NCBI RefSeq assembly: GCF_025526975.1
Contig: NW_026515693.1
Location: forward strand, 248,001 to 312,000
Reading direction: 5' to 3'
Length of the DNA: 64,000 nucleotides
DNA from: Fimicolochytrium jonesii
Lineage: Eukaryota
Part shown: in pieces, positions 26,728-39,585 of the stretch
Layout of the letters: each line of letters opens with the position of its first letter
How positions within the stretch are numbered: the first letter of the stretch is position 1
Program-made: the position numbers and the translations under genes
Notes under the pieces: model-generated
Told to the model about the DNA's origin: nothing
The model's database searches: none
Seen by the model: the letters and a program-made list of their open reading frames with translations, nothing else

Positions 26728-27603
26728 GACTGGGCAAATAGATGGGATTAGTGACCAACGTTGGAGGATGTAGTATAATTCCGTGAGGAGATGTGGTTAG
26801 GATGCGGGAACCCTGTATGTGTCATCGTTGTTGATAGTGTCGTTGTGTCGATATTTGTAAATTTGATGGGATTATTTTTCATTGCTTTATGATATGGAGT
26901 GGGCGTCCGTTTCCTATGATGCATTCAATGTCAGTACTGCAGATTGAGGCAGATACTTCTAAGCGTATGGGTAGGATGAAGCCTGAATACTTCTTCCAAA
27001 CCCTCCTGCCGATTACCCTTGAGCTGTTACAGTTTGCAGGAACACGCGAAAACCAGGCGCTCCGCCTTGCTCCCTCTGAGCTCTCAAGGTGCCCGTGCCT
27101 TCACGTACCTCAAATTCACTTCGGCAACCTGAGACGCCGTGACGTTCTCTCGTAACATCACATACATACCTGGAGAGTGTGGATGCTTGCCAGCCTTTTC
27201 TGTTCGGAGATGGTTGCGATGGGTTTGCAGCGCCCAGGGTTCACGCGTCCAAAGTTGATATAAATCTAGTCACGTCACGTGACTCTCGCCTTCAACTCGA
27301 CCAACGCGCAGTTCCGAGGCAAAGCAAACGCGAATGCCACGCTGACGAGCCCATTGAGGATAAGGACGTTGATGGCAAAATGGGCGTCTCCCGTATCATC
27401 GTTCCTATAAAGGGGTCCGTAACCTCATAGAAGAATCGAGGCGGGAATGACCATCGCGACTACGCGGCCGCCATAGCTACGCAAAAAAGGCTTACCCCAA
27501 ACAGCCTGCAAGAAACAAGTTGCCAGCCTTCGCAGAGCTCATCGTTTGCACATCGTCTGGCAATCGCTCCTCTCCGACACTACCCAACACAGTCTTCGCA
27601 CAA

Positions 27604-29368
27604 ATGTTCCGTAACTTGTCGACGGCCGTCAGGCCCTTGTCCTCCTCATGCCTGCGGGCAACTGCCCTTCGCTCGACGGTGAGTTATTCTCTCTGGATGG
27701 GTTGACATCGTGGGAAACGTGGATAGGTTCAGCTTAGGAACGTTGGAAAACAGCGAGGGGACCGACCCAGGTCGGGCGGTTGGATAGGTTACACTGGATA
27801 TGGCGATATTTGTGAGGAGGGAACGGCTTCGAACGAAATCCGCACATCCTCACTATGCTAATATGGACTTTCTTGAAAACAGGCGGTTCCTGTCCGTGCG
27901 TTCGGAACTACCGAAGAGAAGCAGTTCATTCCTGCTCCCGGAGGCGTAAGTGACGATCGAGGCTATCGTAGTTCAATCCCGTCCCATAAGTGCTCACGCC
28001 TCAGCCTTGGATTTCCCACAGCAATTCAAGCCTGGAACCGTTTACGGCGGACAGCATACCATCACCCTCATTCCTGGTGACGGTATTGGTATGGAGATGG
28101 CTACCGCCGTTAAGACTATCTTTGGAGCGGCGGAGGTCCCAATTGAGTGGGAGCAGTTCGACCTGAGTGGATACACCAAGAAGGACGAGGTTCTGCTGAA
28201 GCAGGCTATGGACTCCATCAGGAGAAACAAGGTTGCCCTGAAGGGTGAGCAGACGGAACAATGCGGATTAAGGACTCTAGATGCATGATAGAGAGAGTTC
28301 ATCATGCAAATCTCGATAGGTATCCTGTACACACCTGTGTCCAGGCTGGGACACAGCTCCCTCAACGTCTTCCTGCGCAAGGACTTGGACATCTTCGCCT
28401 CTACATCCATCATCCAAAACCTCCCCGGAAGCTGGCCAACACGCCACAAGAACGTCAACTTCACCATCATCCGTGAGAACACCGAAGGAGAATACTCCGG
28501 TCTGGAACACACGGTATGTTCATGCGTGGCCTATACTCCCTAGTATTTGCAGATGGTGGAGTTCTGATCGAATCTTCTGCGTGGATAGCCCGTTCCCGGT
28601 GTTGTTGAGTCGTTGAAGGTTGTCACCCGCGCGAAGACCGAGCGTATCGCAAAGTACGCTTTCGACTTTGCGTTGAAGAATGGGCGGAAGAAGGTTACCG
28701 CTATTCACAAGGCCAACATTATGAAGCTCGGAGACGGTCTTTTCTTGAACACCTGCCGGGAAGTCGCAAAGCAATACGAGAGCTACGGAATTGAGTTCAA
28801 GGACATGATCGTTGGTATGGATCTGGCATGAGGATCGTTTTATCCTGTACGTTTGTCCACCTATCTGACGCTACTGTTTGGTCTTTCAGACAATGCGTCT
28901 ATGCAGCTGGTGTCCAAGCCATCGCAATTCGATGTTATTGTCTGCGGTAACTTGTATGGTAACATTCTTTCCAACGTCGGCGCTGCCATCGTCGGTGGAC
29001 CCGGTCTCGTTCCCGGTGCCAACTTCGGCACACACTACGCCGTCTTCGAGCCTGGATGCCGTCACGTCGGAAAGGACATCCAAGGACGTAACCAGGCAAA
29101 CCCTACCGCTCTGTTGCTGAGTGCCATCCATATGTTGCGTCACTTGCACCTCCATCAGCACGCTGACAGGATCTCGGCGGCGCTCAACAAGGTGATCACG
29201 GAGAGCAAGGTCCTGACCCCCGACTTGGGCGGTAAGAACACAACCACGGATTTCACCAAGGCCGTCATGTAAGTCATCGGGCCTGAGCGACCTGAATAGA
29301 ATTCTGTATTCATGAGAATTTGACGCCTAACGCATCTACGTCCGATTTTTCGCAGTGCCAACTTGTAA
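27604..29368 (+). CDS. IDH1: NAD-dependent isocitrate dehydrogenase, mitochondrial regulatory subunit 1
   Basis: Presequence [76 protein letters not shown] (regulatory-subunit signature). Confidence 0.95.
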
Positions 29369-29911
29369 GCACCTCCACTACCACACGTCAAACCAACCCC
29401 TCCACACTCTATCCCGGGCGAAGCATCCCAGCCTCGGCACAACTACAGAACTGTTTCGCATAGATGAGTTGTTCCCAATCCCCTCATCAGCATCGTGACC
29501 TGTCCTCAAGCGTTCTCTCCGCCACCCGAGCCATCATTATTCCCCCTACAAACCCGTTTACCATATTTTTATGAACTCCGGTTCGGCACGTAAATTGTCA
29601 CGGCCCGGATTTATCTCTTCGCTTTTAATATGCATTCCCACGTTATCCTTGACATCTTTTCGAGGTACTTTGCACAATTCTGCCGTCCCAAGATGTACAC
29701 ATGGTTTCGTCGGTAGCATTGGGGTGTACAGAAGGGATGAGGAATGGGAATTAACGTTAAAAATCTGGTTTTTACGTACGTATTTACAGTGAATGAATCG
29801 GGGAAAGCAGACTCTCCAGGAGAAGCGAGGCTTTGTAAGGGAGATGAGGACTACAATAACAGAACGTTGCAACCATGCAAAAGGCAACGCATGAGTGCTC
29901 TCATCGCTGCC

Positions 29912-32900
29912 TCATGTAAGATTGACGTTATATCTAAACACATTGTCGACGACGATGGCATCGACGCCATGGCGTTCCTGTATGCGCACATTGTCCGGGT
30001 CGGCATTCGCGGAGCCGCAGGTTCCGAGGATGAGCCCAGACTCTTTGACAGTTTTAATGAGTGTTGGCGCTTTCACCTGTTCGCCCGATGATGTAATGGT
30101 GGTCAGTGGGCCGGCAAGTCTGACGCGCCAGTGGACGAAATAGGTGGTAACTCACCAAAGGCGAAGCTTCACAGACGATCCCCAGCAGATTGTTCGATTT
30201 CGCAAACCTGATAGCCCCCTTCAACGACCGACACTTTGAATACTCCACAAACGTCTCGGGTGGGGGTAAAGGCTCCTCCCTCGGCCATCGATTCGCTGAG
30301 TACGTCCCTTCCTCACTGTCCTCATCGTTGGGGTACCCACAATGCGTCGCAAAGAAGACGCCATAGTTGGGTTGTTTCCAGTTCATCGCGGTGCATACGG
30401 AAGCGTTGAAGGACATGAAGATGATGGAGCGGGGCTGGGCGGCGGCTTGGTCGTAGACGACTTGAAGGATGGTGTCGACGAAGGTGTTGATGTCGACGAA
30501 TTGGGTGAGGTTGTGGGTGAGGCGTTCCGAGGTGGTGGGGTATTTGAGGAGGATGCTCACGCCGATTGAGTGGGGAAGGGTCTAGATAGAATGTAAAAAG
30601 AGGTGGTTAGTCGTCCGCGTTTGTAACGTGATGCAGGTGGGTGGTACGCCAGTAAGTTCTGTGCGGACGGCACGACATTACCTGGAGAAGCTCATGAAGG
30701 CTCAAGAAGGAATCGTAAATATGTCTCGATATCTCCGTCGGGCTTCCATTCTGCGCCTGCCCCAACGGTGACCTCGGGAACAGTCCCGACGACGGGGACC
30801 GATGCGGCTGTGGCGCCCCTACCGGTGGTATTATTGGTGCAGCAGAAGGTGACGCCGCCTCCGATTTCCGTTTCTTGGCAAGTTCAAACGACTTGCGTGC
30901 CAGCTCGAAGGAAAAGTTGCCGACGCTGAGTTTGACGCTGTTCTCCGGGTTCGCGATGCGCCAGTGTGGGTAGATGACGGGTATGCCGTCGTTGGTTAGT
31001 TGGACGACGACTTGGATGTATTCTTCGGCGAGGGATGAGGCGGTGATGAAGGAGTGGGTGCCGTCTGCTTTGTCGGCCGCAACGAGCTGCAGACATAAAA
31101 GACTCGGGTTAAACTCCAGCCTCAAGGAAGCTCAAGAGGGACATGTTATACCTTGGTAGACTTCCAATATGTCTCAACCTTCCCACCAATTTGCAAGCTC
31201 GGGTGCGCAAAAGGCGTCACAATCTCCAGATTACATTGCACCTCCCCAACAACCCTCAGATGCGGGTCAAACAATGGCAGAACAGCAGACTCCTGTTCGC
31301 CCGGCCCCACCCATCTCCTCCTCGTCAGAGCCGCAATCTGCGAGGGAAGCACGACGGCCCGTCCGATCGGCTTAGTTCCAAACGTAGGGAAAACGTCAAA
31401 CTGCAGCGAAAAGGACGCCGTGTCTTCCACGAGGAAGGTGTGGACTTCGAGGTCGTCTTGTAGTGGGAGGATGACGTGGTATGGCACGCCAACCTCGGGT
31501 TTGCCGCTGATGACCAGCTTGAGCGATGTCATTTGTTGAGATTCCTTCAGTGACACTGGGCCAGGATGGGATGCGGACTGTCCTTTCAGCGTTACGCGGA
31601 TGTGTGCTTTCTTGTCCAAGAAGGCGTGTCCACTAAGGATTCGGAAATTGAATTAGTTCATGAACGCGTAGATGCTCGCGCCACCGTATGAATAACTTAC
31701 TATATTCTGAACGGAATGATCGGCGGTGGTAACGACAAATCAGGCAACTCATCCAGATCCAAATCCATCGGCGTAGGCGAATTCGACCGGTCAGGAGCGG
31801 CGGAAAACAGCTCGCTAGGCGCCATGGGCTTAATATTGTCCACTTTCGGAGGCGACTGGCCCTGTTTCGAGGAGAACCCCGGGTCCATTTTCAACTCCAA
31901 CAGTTCCGCGATCTTGATATGTCCCCGATACAACGCATATGTGACCGGTGTCCATCCGTACTCGTCCACCATGTCAATCCGAGCCCCGACCTCCAACAAG
32001 ACCTGCACGCACTCGAGATGGCCCTCGGACGCAGCGTAAAAGATGGGCGTCCACCCATTCAGCCCGTCCGCAGCGTCCACATCTGCGCCATGCGAGAGCA
32101 ACAGGCGCGAAACGTCCTGATGCCCTTCTCTGCTTGCTAGATGTAAAGGGAACAGTCCATTGAGGTCCGCGGTGAGCTGGGCGCCTTTGCTCAGTAGTAA
32201 CATGACAATCTGACTGTGGCCGTGTTCGCAAGCTATGGAAAGCGGAATTGGGGCTGTTGATGATATGGGTTCCACCGTTGCCCCATTTTCTATCAGAATC
32301 TCCACACAGTCCGCGTGTCCTGCTCTTATTGCGTACACCAGCGGTGTACATCCATCGTCGTCGACTGCGTTGATGTTTGCAGCTACTGATATGAGGTACC
32401 GTGTTATGGAGGCTTGTCCATTCATTGTTGCATAGTGTAGCGGCGTTCGGCCATATGCATCTGTGACCTCCACTTTGGAGCCCTTCCGGATGAACTTTTC
32501 CAGCGTTTCTTCCCGGTTTGCAATGGCCAGCTCGTGGAGGCATGTCCGGCCGCTGATATCGTCAGCAATGTTCAAGCTCACCAAGTTGCTCTCCAGTAAC
32601 AGGTCGATACACTCCGGTTCCTTACTCGTGCAGAATCGAAGTAAGATCTTCGATAAGGCTTCCCGATCACCGCCAGAGACCTCCTCACGGCTAGGTTTTC
32701 TCAAGGACGCCAGGAATTCCCGAACCGCGAGCGCATTCCTGCACTTCAACGCATTGATCAGAATCGATTCGCCAATCGCCGAGTGGTCAACACTATGAGC
32801 CTCCAGCGCCGTCACAGTTTCGGGATCTTCTTCTGACAACAGGTGCTCTATTTCGGCCAGTACGGTCGTTGCCTGATCTGTGAGTTCTGCGAGCACGTCC

Positions 32901-33632
32901 CTGTTGAAACATGGTTGTATTTCAACCTGTCGGGAGAGGTACAGCTCTTTCGTGGATGATTTTGAGCGTTTATCCCATTTCTTTAGGATTTTGCGAAATC
33001 CTTCGGCGTTCACTTCCACAAATCTCTGCAGAATCCACCGCTATTTAGTTCCAGAAAGGCAAAGTTACATCTGGCAGTAGGATAAAGCCCTTACCTGCAA
33101 CTTAGTCAAGTCATGCCGAAACTGCAATGTGCCCTCCCGCAAAGTGATCAAAGACGCATGTGACAGCCGCTTTTGCCGCCCTTGTGCAATCCTCTTCTTC
33201 TCCAGCACAATCTTCAACCTAGCCTGTAGATCGGCCTCCTTTTGCAGATAGAAGGTATTGACCTAGGAAATCCGGAGTTTCAGTCCAAAGTTCGCAGCCT
33301 CTGTATAAACGTGGTCTGGCAAGATGTCACTGAGAATTGCCAACTACCTTCTCCAATTCCCGCTCCAACTGGAAAAAGAACGCCGTCTTCAAAGCCTGCA
33401 GCTTCGCAGCCTGCTTCTCCTCCGCCGACAGTCCCGCGCCAGTAGCAGCCAACCAGTCTCTATCCTTCTGCAAACTGTTGATGATCTTCTTCAGGCCCTT
33501 GTAGTTTAGGTAGTCTGGGCCCGCCCATTCTGCCTGCTGGGACTGGATGTATTTACCGAACTAGAGTTGTACACTGTTAGCGTGAGCTTCGGCTCTTTGC
33601 CAGCCGTACGCAAAGGGGAAGGTCACCTTCAT
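29912..33632 (-). CDS. PHO81: SPX-ankyrin-degenerate GDPD protein (Pho81/Nuc-2 CDK inhibitor), multi-exon
   Basis: MK|FGKYIQ...YLNYKGLKKII (SPX), NAEGFRKILKKWDKRSKSSTKELYL, ankyrin repeats, LSLPPPIIPFRI, and a non-catalytic GDPD start FITASSLAEEYIQVVVQLT lacking the GHRG motif of Gde1. Confidence 0.88.
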
Positions 33633-35733
33633 GCCAGTGGTGGAAACGCTGGTGGATTGGGAATTCGCGTCGTCGATCTAGTGGGTACCCCACAAGGTCC
33701 CAGGTCGAGAATAGTGATTACAACAGGATACCACACAGACCGCCGTCCTGTTATTGAGCATGTATCAGAGGAATGTCGTCGAGGAACTCAATAGAGTCAT
33801 GTTTCGGGGACGCTGAGAAAAAGTGCATGTCAAGACAAGCCATGACATGTTCAGGAATGTCAAAAGTTGACGGCATGAGGGAACGCCTATGGGAAAACGT
33901 GTCCGATTGCAGGCTTCTGAGAGGATGACGACGCGCTGTCCCAAACGCGGCTACGCGGAAGTTCTGTTCAATATGTAGCCATCTGTTATCGACGGCATGC
34001 AAGTGAGCGATGGCATATGTGAGGACGTGCAGGCCGACGCCAATGATATAGTCCAAGGTAAATCGTCTGCGTATCTGATACACACCCAGCGCCACGACTT
34101 GTTGTGCCTTCTATATACATAGACCCAGACGCCCCCGAGCTGTCGCACGCATGTCCAGTATCGTCAAAATCTACTGCTAGTCGCAGTCCTGGCTTCGGAC
34201 GTTCGCCGTCTTCAAGAAGGGGCCCGACTCTACTCTCATCCTTGCGGGTTCTTTCATGTGTTGATTTCGCATGTTGGGCAGTTATTCGGCAGCCTCGGCG
34301 TTTTATAAAGCTAGTGGTAACGGCAGCGCGCGAGAATCCAACGCGGAGCTGGGGCGGATCCGCCTGATTCGTCGGTTATCTCCCATGACTGGCGCGGAGC
34401 AGCAGCCTCTTCTTGCGCGTAAAACTGAAAGATGATCTCCGAGTGCAATAGGCGAGTGTCTCCGACGTACGTTTTGTTAAGGGGCCGTCGCACCCTGGCG
34501 TCTTCCACATCTAGGCGTCGGGTGCCGGACGTCTGCTGGTCTGCATACCCCTCGTTTGCCAACGAACCCATGTCGTATCCCCCACAATCCTTGGTCCCCT
34601 TCTCAAAAGAGAAATACGCCTGATGCCGCCGTTCCTCTCGTGCCTGGAGATGTGACCCAAGATCAGCGTATCCCTGCGGTCGCATACAAACCGCCGGTCC
34701 ATCCAGAGTCCTCAAAACATGCCGTGGCGGGATCGCCTATTTGCATATTCCCTGCCATCGACATTGAAGCTGAATTAATCCCGTTGGTGAGTTGACCTCT
34801 TCTTCCATCGCTGCAGGAGTCTGGAGTCTGGACCCTGGCAGGTTGGCCGCTGGCATCCCAAGGACAAATTTGCTGTCGTGAAAATTGGCGTCGGCCGCTG
34901 CAACGAAGGTTTGACGGCTACATCCTGTCAATATTTACCGTGTCCCCGGTCGCGGACCGCAATTTTTCCATGCTTCCGTCACCCGTGGCACGGGGGACAT
35001 GAGGAAGGATCGCCGACTTTGTGGGCATATGACCTGCATCTGTGACCGTACTGGCACGCGAACGGCAGATGGCGGATCCAGTTTTGCCTTGTCACGTTCA
35101 TCAAATGCGATCGGAATCCTCGACGCGTTTTTGCCAAGTTTCGGAGGTCAATGCGGGGGTTCAAACTGTGGGGCTTTGGCGTTCAAGCCGTCTCAGTGAC
35201 ATCAGCGAGCCCAATCATAAGGCTTCGAATGCACGCGCCGATGATTAAGTCTGACGCAGGAACAATGGAGGATGGGACGGGACGCGTGTGTTTCCCAAGT
35301 CATCCCAGATCCCAGCCAGATCCATCCATGCCTCGGCCGCCTGCCTTCCTTCTCCTTCTTCCCGTCCTGCTGTGCTGTGACCTGGAATAGCCCACTTTCC
35401 CACGCAATACTTAACCCAACAGGCAATCCTTGTCGTCCCAGGGCTCACCCAACCTGCTATTCTCAGACATACGCAACTAAACCCCGCAGAGCATCTCGCC
35501 GCTTTCCCCCTCCTTGGGAACTGCACTCCGAGCACCACAATTCAAACACCGCCATATACCACGCACACAAACCGCACGCAAACTCACCCCGTTTCATCTC
35601 CGAAAACCTACCCAACGTGCGAAAAAACTTCTGAACCGAGTATCACATTCGTACCTCACACAAACAAAGCAATCGTTTACCAGAGAACTCAACTCCGCTC
35701 CCCGTACGCACGCTGGTCAGTGACCTCAAAGCC

Positions 35734-37575
35734 ATGGACGCTTTCTTTGATCCCAATCCTATGCTATTGCACGGACTCGCAACTGCATGGTGTCTAGAAT
35801 GCCCAGAAGCGAACCCGAACTGGTCGGAGAGCGACGGCTATAACTCGTCATCCGACGAGGATTCAACAGAGGACGCTAAGACGAGACCTGGCCTCCCACG
35901 CAACTCATCAAGACTGAGCCTACGCTCTCTTGTCGGAGGATCATCATCGGCATCAGCCTCCCTCACCTCCTCGTCCAGCACTTCCTTGATACCCTCCCTC
36001 CCATCTTTTCCATCCCTCGACTTCCCAAAAGCCGTCCTGCATACGACATGGAACGAGTTAGCCGTGTTAACAGCATTCGGCTCACATCAGGTCAAAACAC
36101 TCGCTGGTGGGATACTGGAAGTTGCCAAGACTGGCGCCGCCAAGCCGTCCTGGAACACAGCGCTGCATCTGGGTGTCTACCTGTTGCGATCCAACTTTGC
36201 GTTCCATGGTATCTCCATCCCGCGTCTGCGTCTTTGGTCTGGACGGATGGGTGCTGCTGGAACGACGCGAGGGCTGCCATCCGGTGTTGCGTTGAAGGAG
36301 GTGTCGTTTATCGTCAACAGGGACGAGCTCTTGACGTTCGAGGACAACGGAGCGGAATGGAGAGAGGGCAAGCAAGCAGGAGCTTACCCGACTGTGCTTC
36401 CGGAGAACGAAACGAAGTGGAACGAGGCGGCAAGACAATACGAACTGAAGGGAGAGTGGCTGGCCGTCGAAAACGAGAAACCAGAGGAATTCTCTGGTGG
36501 CATCAGTGGTTGGTTGGGCTCCTGGTTTTCCGACGAGAATGCGGACTATCAACCGCAGCCAGAGTTGCCCAAGCTTCGGAACAAGGTCATCTACTATCTC
36601 CATGGCGGCGCGTACATCGGAGGCACCAACCAGCTTTATCGCATTCTTACTGGGCGTCTCGCCAAGGAAGCCAACTGCAAGCTCTTTGCTGTTGAGTACC
36701 GGTTAGCTCCGGAGAATCCGTTCCCCGCCTCCCTGCACGACGCATTTGCCGGCTACCTCTATCTCATCAACCCGCACCACGCCGCATTCAAGCACCTCAA
36801 CCCGACCCACGAACCCGTCAACCCGGCCGACATTGTCCTCATGGGTGATTCGGCAGGCGGTGGCCTCGTGATGTGCCTACTTAACTACCTCAACCTATAC
36901 CTTCGCTCCCCGAGCGGCGAGCATCTCGTTCCCCTACCATCTGGAGCTACGCTGATGAGCCCTTGGGTCGACTTGGCATTTACATCAGAGTCCTGGTTGA
37001 CGAACGCAAGCTTCGATTGGTTACCCTCGAATGCCCGCCAGATTCACGACCATATTGTCCCGGGCCTTCCCCACCCAGTGTACATGTACCTCTACGGCGA
37101 AGACTCGATCAAATCCGCCACCGAGCTCGTCAACTTCTATCCATCCGCAAAACATCTCCACAGCGATTCCCCCTCCGCCTCCTCCGATGCAGAAGCCGCC
37201 AAATCGTTCATCCGCGACAAAGTCGAGCAATTCACCCGCCACCCGCTCGTCTCACCCATCTTTGCCGAATCACTCGCTGGCCTGCCCCCAATCCTCGTAC
37301 AAGCCGGCGAGGCCGAAGTCCTTCGCGACGACTCCCTCGCCCTCGCTTACAAATACGACCGCGACAACGTCGGCCGGGAGGGTGCCCACGGCTGGGTTCG
37401 GCATGAAATGTTCACCGATATGGTGCATGTGTGGATCATGATGGGGTGGTTGAAGGAAAGCACCAGTGCGATGGCCAGGATCAATCGCTTCTTGGATGAG
37501 TTGGAGGTCGGACATCCTTTGGAGCCGATTTTGGTGGACAACGGCGTCTTGATCGATTCCCATGCCTCCTTATGA
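35734..37575 (+). CDS. Alpha/beta hydrolase, hormone-sensitive-lipase family (Say1/AADAC-like), intronless
   Basis: YLHGGAY, EYRLAPENPFPA, GDSAGGGL, MSPWVDL, GEAEVLRDD, DMVHVW. Confidence 0.9.
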   Translation: MDAFFDPNPMLLHGLATAWCLECPEANPNWSESDGYNSSSDEDSTEDAKTRPGLPRNSSRLSLRSLVGGSSSASASLTSSSSTSLIPSLPSFPSLDFPKAVLHTTWNELAVLTAFGSHQVKTLAGGILEVAKTGAAKPSWNTALHLGVYLLRSNFAFHGISIPRLRLWSGRMGAAGTTRGLPSGVALKEVSFIVNRDELLTFEDNGAEWREGKQAGAYPTVLPENETKWNEAARQYELKGEWLAVENEKPEEFSGGISGWLGSWFSDENADYQPQPELPKLRNKVIYYLHGGAYIGGTNQLYRILTGRLAKEANCKLFAVEYRLAPENPFPASLHDAFAGYLYLINPHHAAFKHLNPTHEPVNPADIVLMGDSAGGGLVMCLLNYLNLYLRSPSGEHLVPLPSGATLMSPWVDLAFTSESWLTNASFDWLPSNARQIHDHIVPGLPHPVYMYLYGEDSIKSATELVNFYPSAKHLHSDSPSASSDAEAAKSFIRDKVEQFTRHPLVSPIFAESLAGLPPILVQAGEAEVLRDDSLALAYKYDRDNVGREGAHGWVRHEMFTDMVHVWIMMGWLKESTSAMARINRFLDELEVGHPLEPILVDNGVLIDSHASL

Positions 37576-38310
37576 GGACGTTGAGGACGGGTATTGTTTA
37601 CAGAACATCTGCACGGTGTTGGGCGTATTTGTCTGCGAACTTATACTTCTTACCTCGATCTCTTTCCGGTCTCCTCGCTTCGTAAGCGGCGTATATATAC
37701 ACATTTAGATAGAACCTCACAAGTTCACTCAATTTTGAGTTGCATAGTACTTACTCTGTTGCATGATTTTTGTATCAATATTCATCCCAGACTACATCTT
37801 ACTGCCATGAAAACGGTCTTCCCTTTCGTACCAGTCTCTCCTGATCACTGTTGATGCGCGCGCTGCTCTTCTCGCAAGGTGCCGGAGCAGAAGCTTGGAA
37901 ATCGCGCGAGTCGATAAATCTACGTAGTAAAGTTCAAATTCACGTGCGAGGATCGCCATTGGGATCTGCCGCGGTGACGCCTGCGTGTTTCGAGTCTTTC
38001 GATACGGCTTGCTCGTCCCCTTTCACCCAGACTTTCACCCATTGCCACCCATTGCTTTGTCGGCACAGTCTCCGCCGCCGATCCCTTGTACATAAATAAT
38101 ACGGAAAGACCGTACATATATAGAGAGTTCTTGTGCCTGTCGAAGCGAAGTTCTTGTCCCGATACACGACCTGAATACCCTGGCGGAAACGACTTTAAAA
38201 CTTCAGCGCAGGAGACAACAACAGCCATTCCTATACATTCTAGTCTTCCGTCCAACAAGGCTGCCGAGAACTTACCTTGCAAATACAGTCGATAGTACAT
38301 TAAGCTCACC

Positions 38311-39039
38311 ATGACGTTAATAACCTCCCCAAGCTCACCATCAACACCACCCACCCGCCGCCCCTTCTTCCCTCCGCTAACAACCCGCCAAACCCTCTAC
38401 GTCCTGCTAATGCACTCCATCGGCTCCGGCTTCCTCGACGCCGGCATCAACTTCGCCATAGCCTACGCAATGTATAAAAACAGCCCTTCCTTCCTCTGGA
38501 ATTTCCCAAACACTCTCGCGGGCGACGCCGCGGTGACCGTGCTGGTCCAGGGCACGCTGACGTGGGTGCTCGATGGCGCGTTGACGTGGAAGGATGTGCG
38601 GGCGGGGACGGTCAGGCCGATTGTCGAGGCGGGGGTGGAGGGGTGGAGATTACCGCAGTCGGGCTTAGGGGCATGGTTGACACGCCCGTCGTTGGACTTG
38701 TTCGGGCCGGGGATCAGCGGTCGTGCCCGTGTCCAACGGATCGTGAACGCCTTTATTCGCGGGTTTGTGTTCTCGCTGCTGTGCTTGCCGCTCGCATGGG
38801 GCCTCGGGATTGGGCTCGGGTGTGCTTTCTGGCCTGCGATGCGGCATAATGAGGATGTGATGGGGTGGGGCCCGTTGATTTGGAAAGCGGTTTACACTTT
38901 CTTTTTGGGTGCGCTTACGACGCCGGTTACGACGCTCATTGCTATGGCGCAGGCGACGCCGAGGTTGGATGATGCGGGATTCAAGATGGATGAGGCGGGA
39001 GAGGGTGTGCGAGGGGCGAGGGCCGATGATAAAGCGTGA
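38311..39039 (+). CDS. Multi-pass membrane protein of unknown function
   Basis: 242-aa ATG ORF with about 4 hydrophobic helices; FPNTLAGDAAVT motif. Confidence 0.7.
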   Translation: MTLITSPSSPSTPPTRRPFFPPLTTRQTLYVLLMHSIGSGFLDAGINFAIAYAMYKNSPSFLWNFPNTLAGDAAVTVLVQGTLTWVLDGALTWKDVRAGTVRPIVEAGVEGWRLPQSGLGAWLTRPSLDLFGPGISGRARVQRIVNAFIRGFVFSLLCLPLAWGLGIGLGCAFWPAMRHNEDVMGWGPLIWKAVYTFFLGALTTPVTTLIAMAQATPRLDDAGFKMDEAGEGVRGARADDKA

Positions 39040-39312
39040 GAGACAAACACGGCGTAGCGAGCCGATTTTCATTTCTTCCTCTGTACAAATTTCGGTGTCT
39101 GTTCTTGTACATAACTCAACGATTTTGGCCGCCTTTTGCCAGCATCAATGTAGTTACTGGCATATCACTACGCATATTGGTAATGGATATACCTCGGACG
39201 AATTTTCCCATGGCCCGTTGGGCCGTTTGGGTGGACTTTCTCAAGTGATTCGACGTTTACATTCGACGTTTACAAAATATATGTTTGTATTCGAAACGTC
39301 GGAAATAACAAC

Positions 39313-39385
39313 GGGGAATTAGCTCAAATGGCAGAGCGCTCGCTTAGCATGCGAGAGGCAGGGGGATCGATACCCCCATTCTCCA
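39313..39385 (+). tRNA. tRNA-Ala(AGC)
   Basis: GGGGAATTAGCTCAAATGGCAGAGCG-CTCGC-TTAGCAT-GCGAG-AGGCAGGGGGATCGATACCCCCATTCTCCA folds to a cloverleaf with G3:U70; oligo-T Pol III terminator at about 39389-39394. Confidence 0.97.
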
Positions 39386-39585
39386 ATATTTTTTGTTCTC
39401 GTCCGTTCGTATTTTTGGATGCCGGACTGTCGTTCTAATGCTTGACGATCCCGCAACGCGCAAACTGTGTGAGGTTTTGGCGCTGTATGGAACGCAGATG
39501 GACCGCGTTGTCTCGTGTTGTGGCTCGATTGTGGCCCTAAGTGTCGTTATGTGAACACGGTGTGCGTTACCTCATTCTGCTGATG

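Noticed and set aside
29912..33632. Gde1 glycerophosphodiesterase call
   Set aside because: GDPD region lacks the catalytic GHRG/E-x-D motifs, which fits Pho81/Nuc-2
33700..35700. Short ORFs between PHO81 and the hydrolase
   Set aside because: No motifs or coherent exon chain; treated as divergent promoter and UTR
39248..39276. Tandem duplication ATTCGACGTTTAC upstream of the tRNA
   Set aside because: Two copies only; simple slippage suffices
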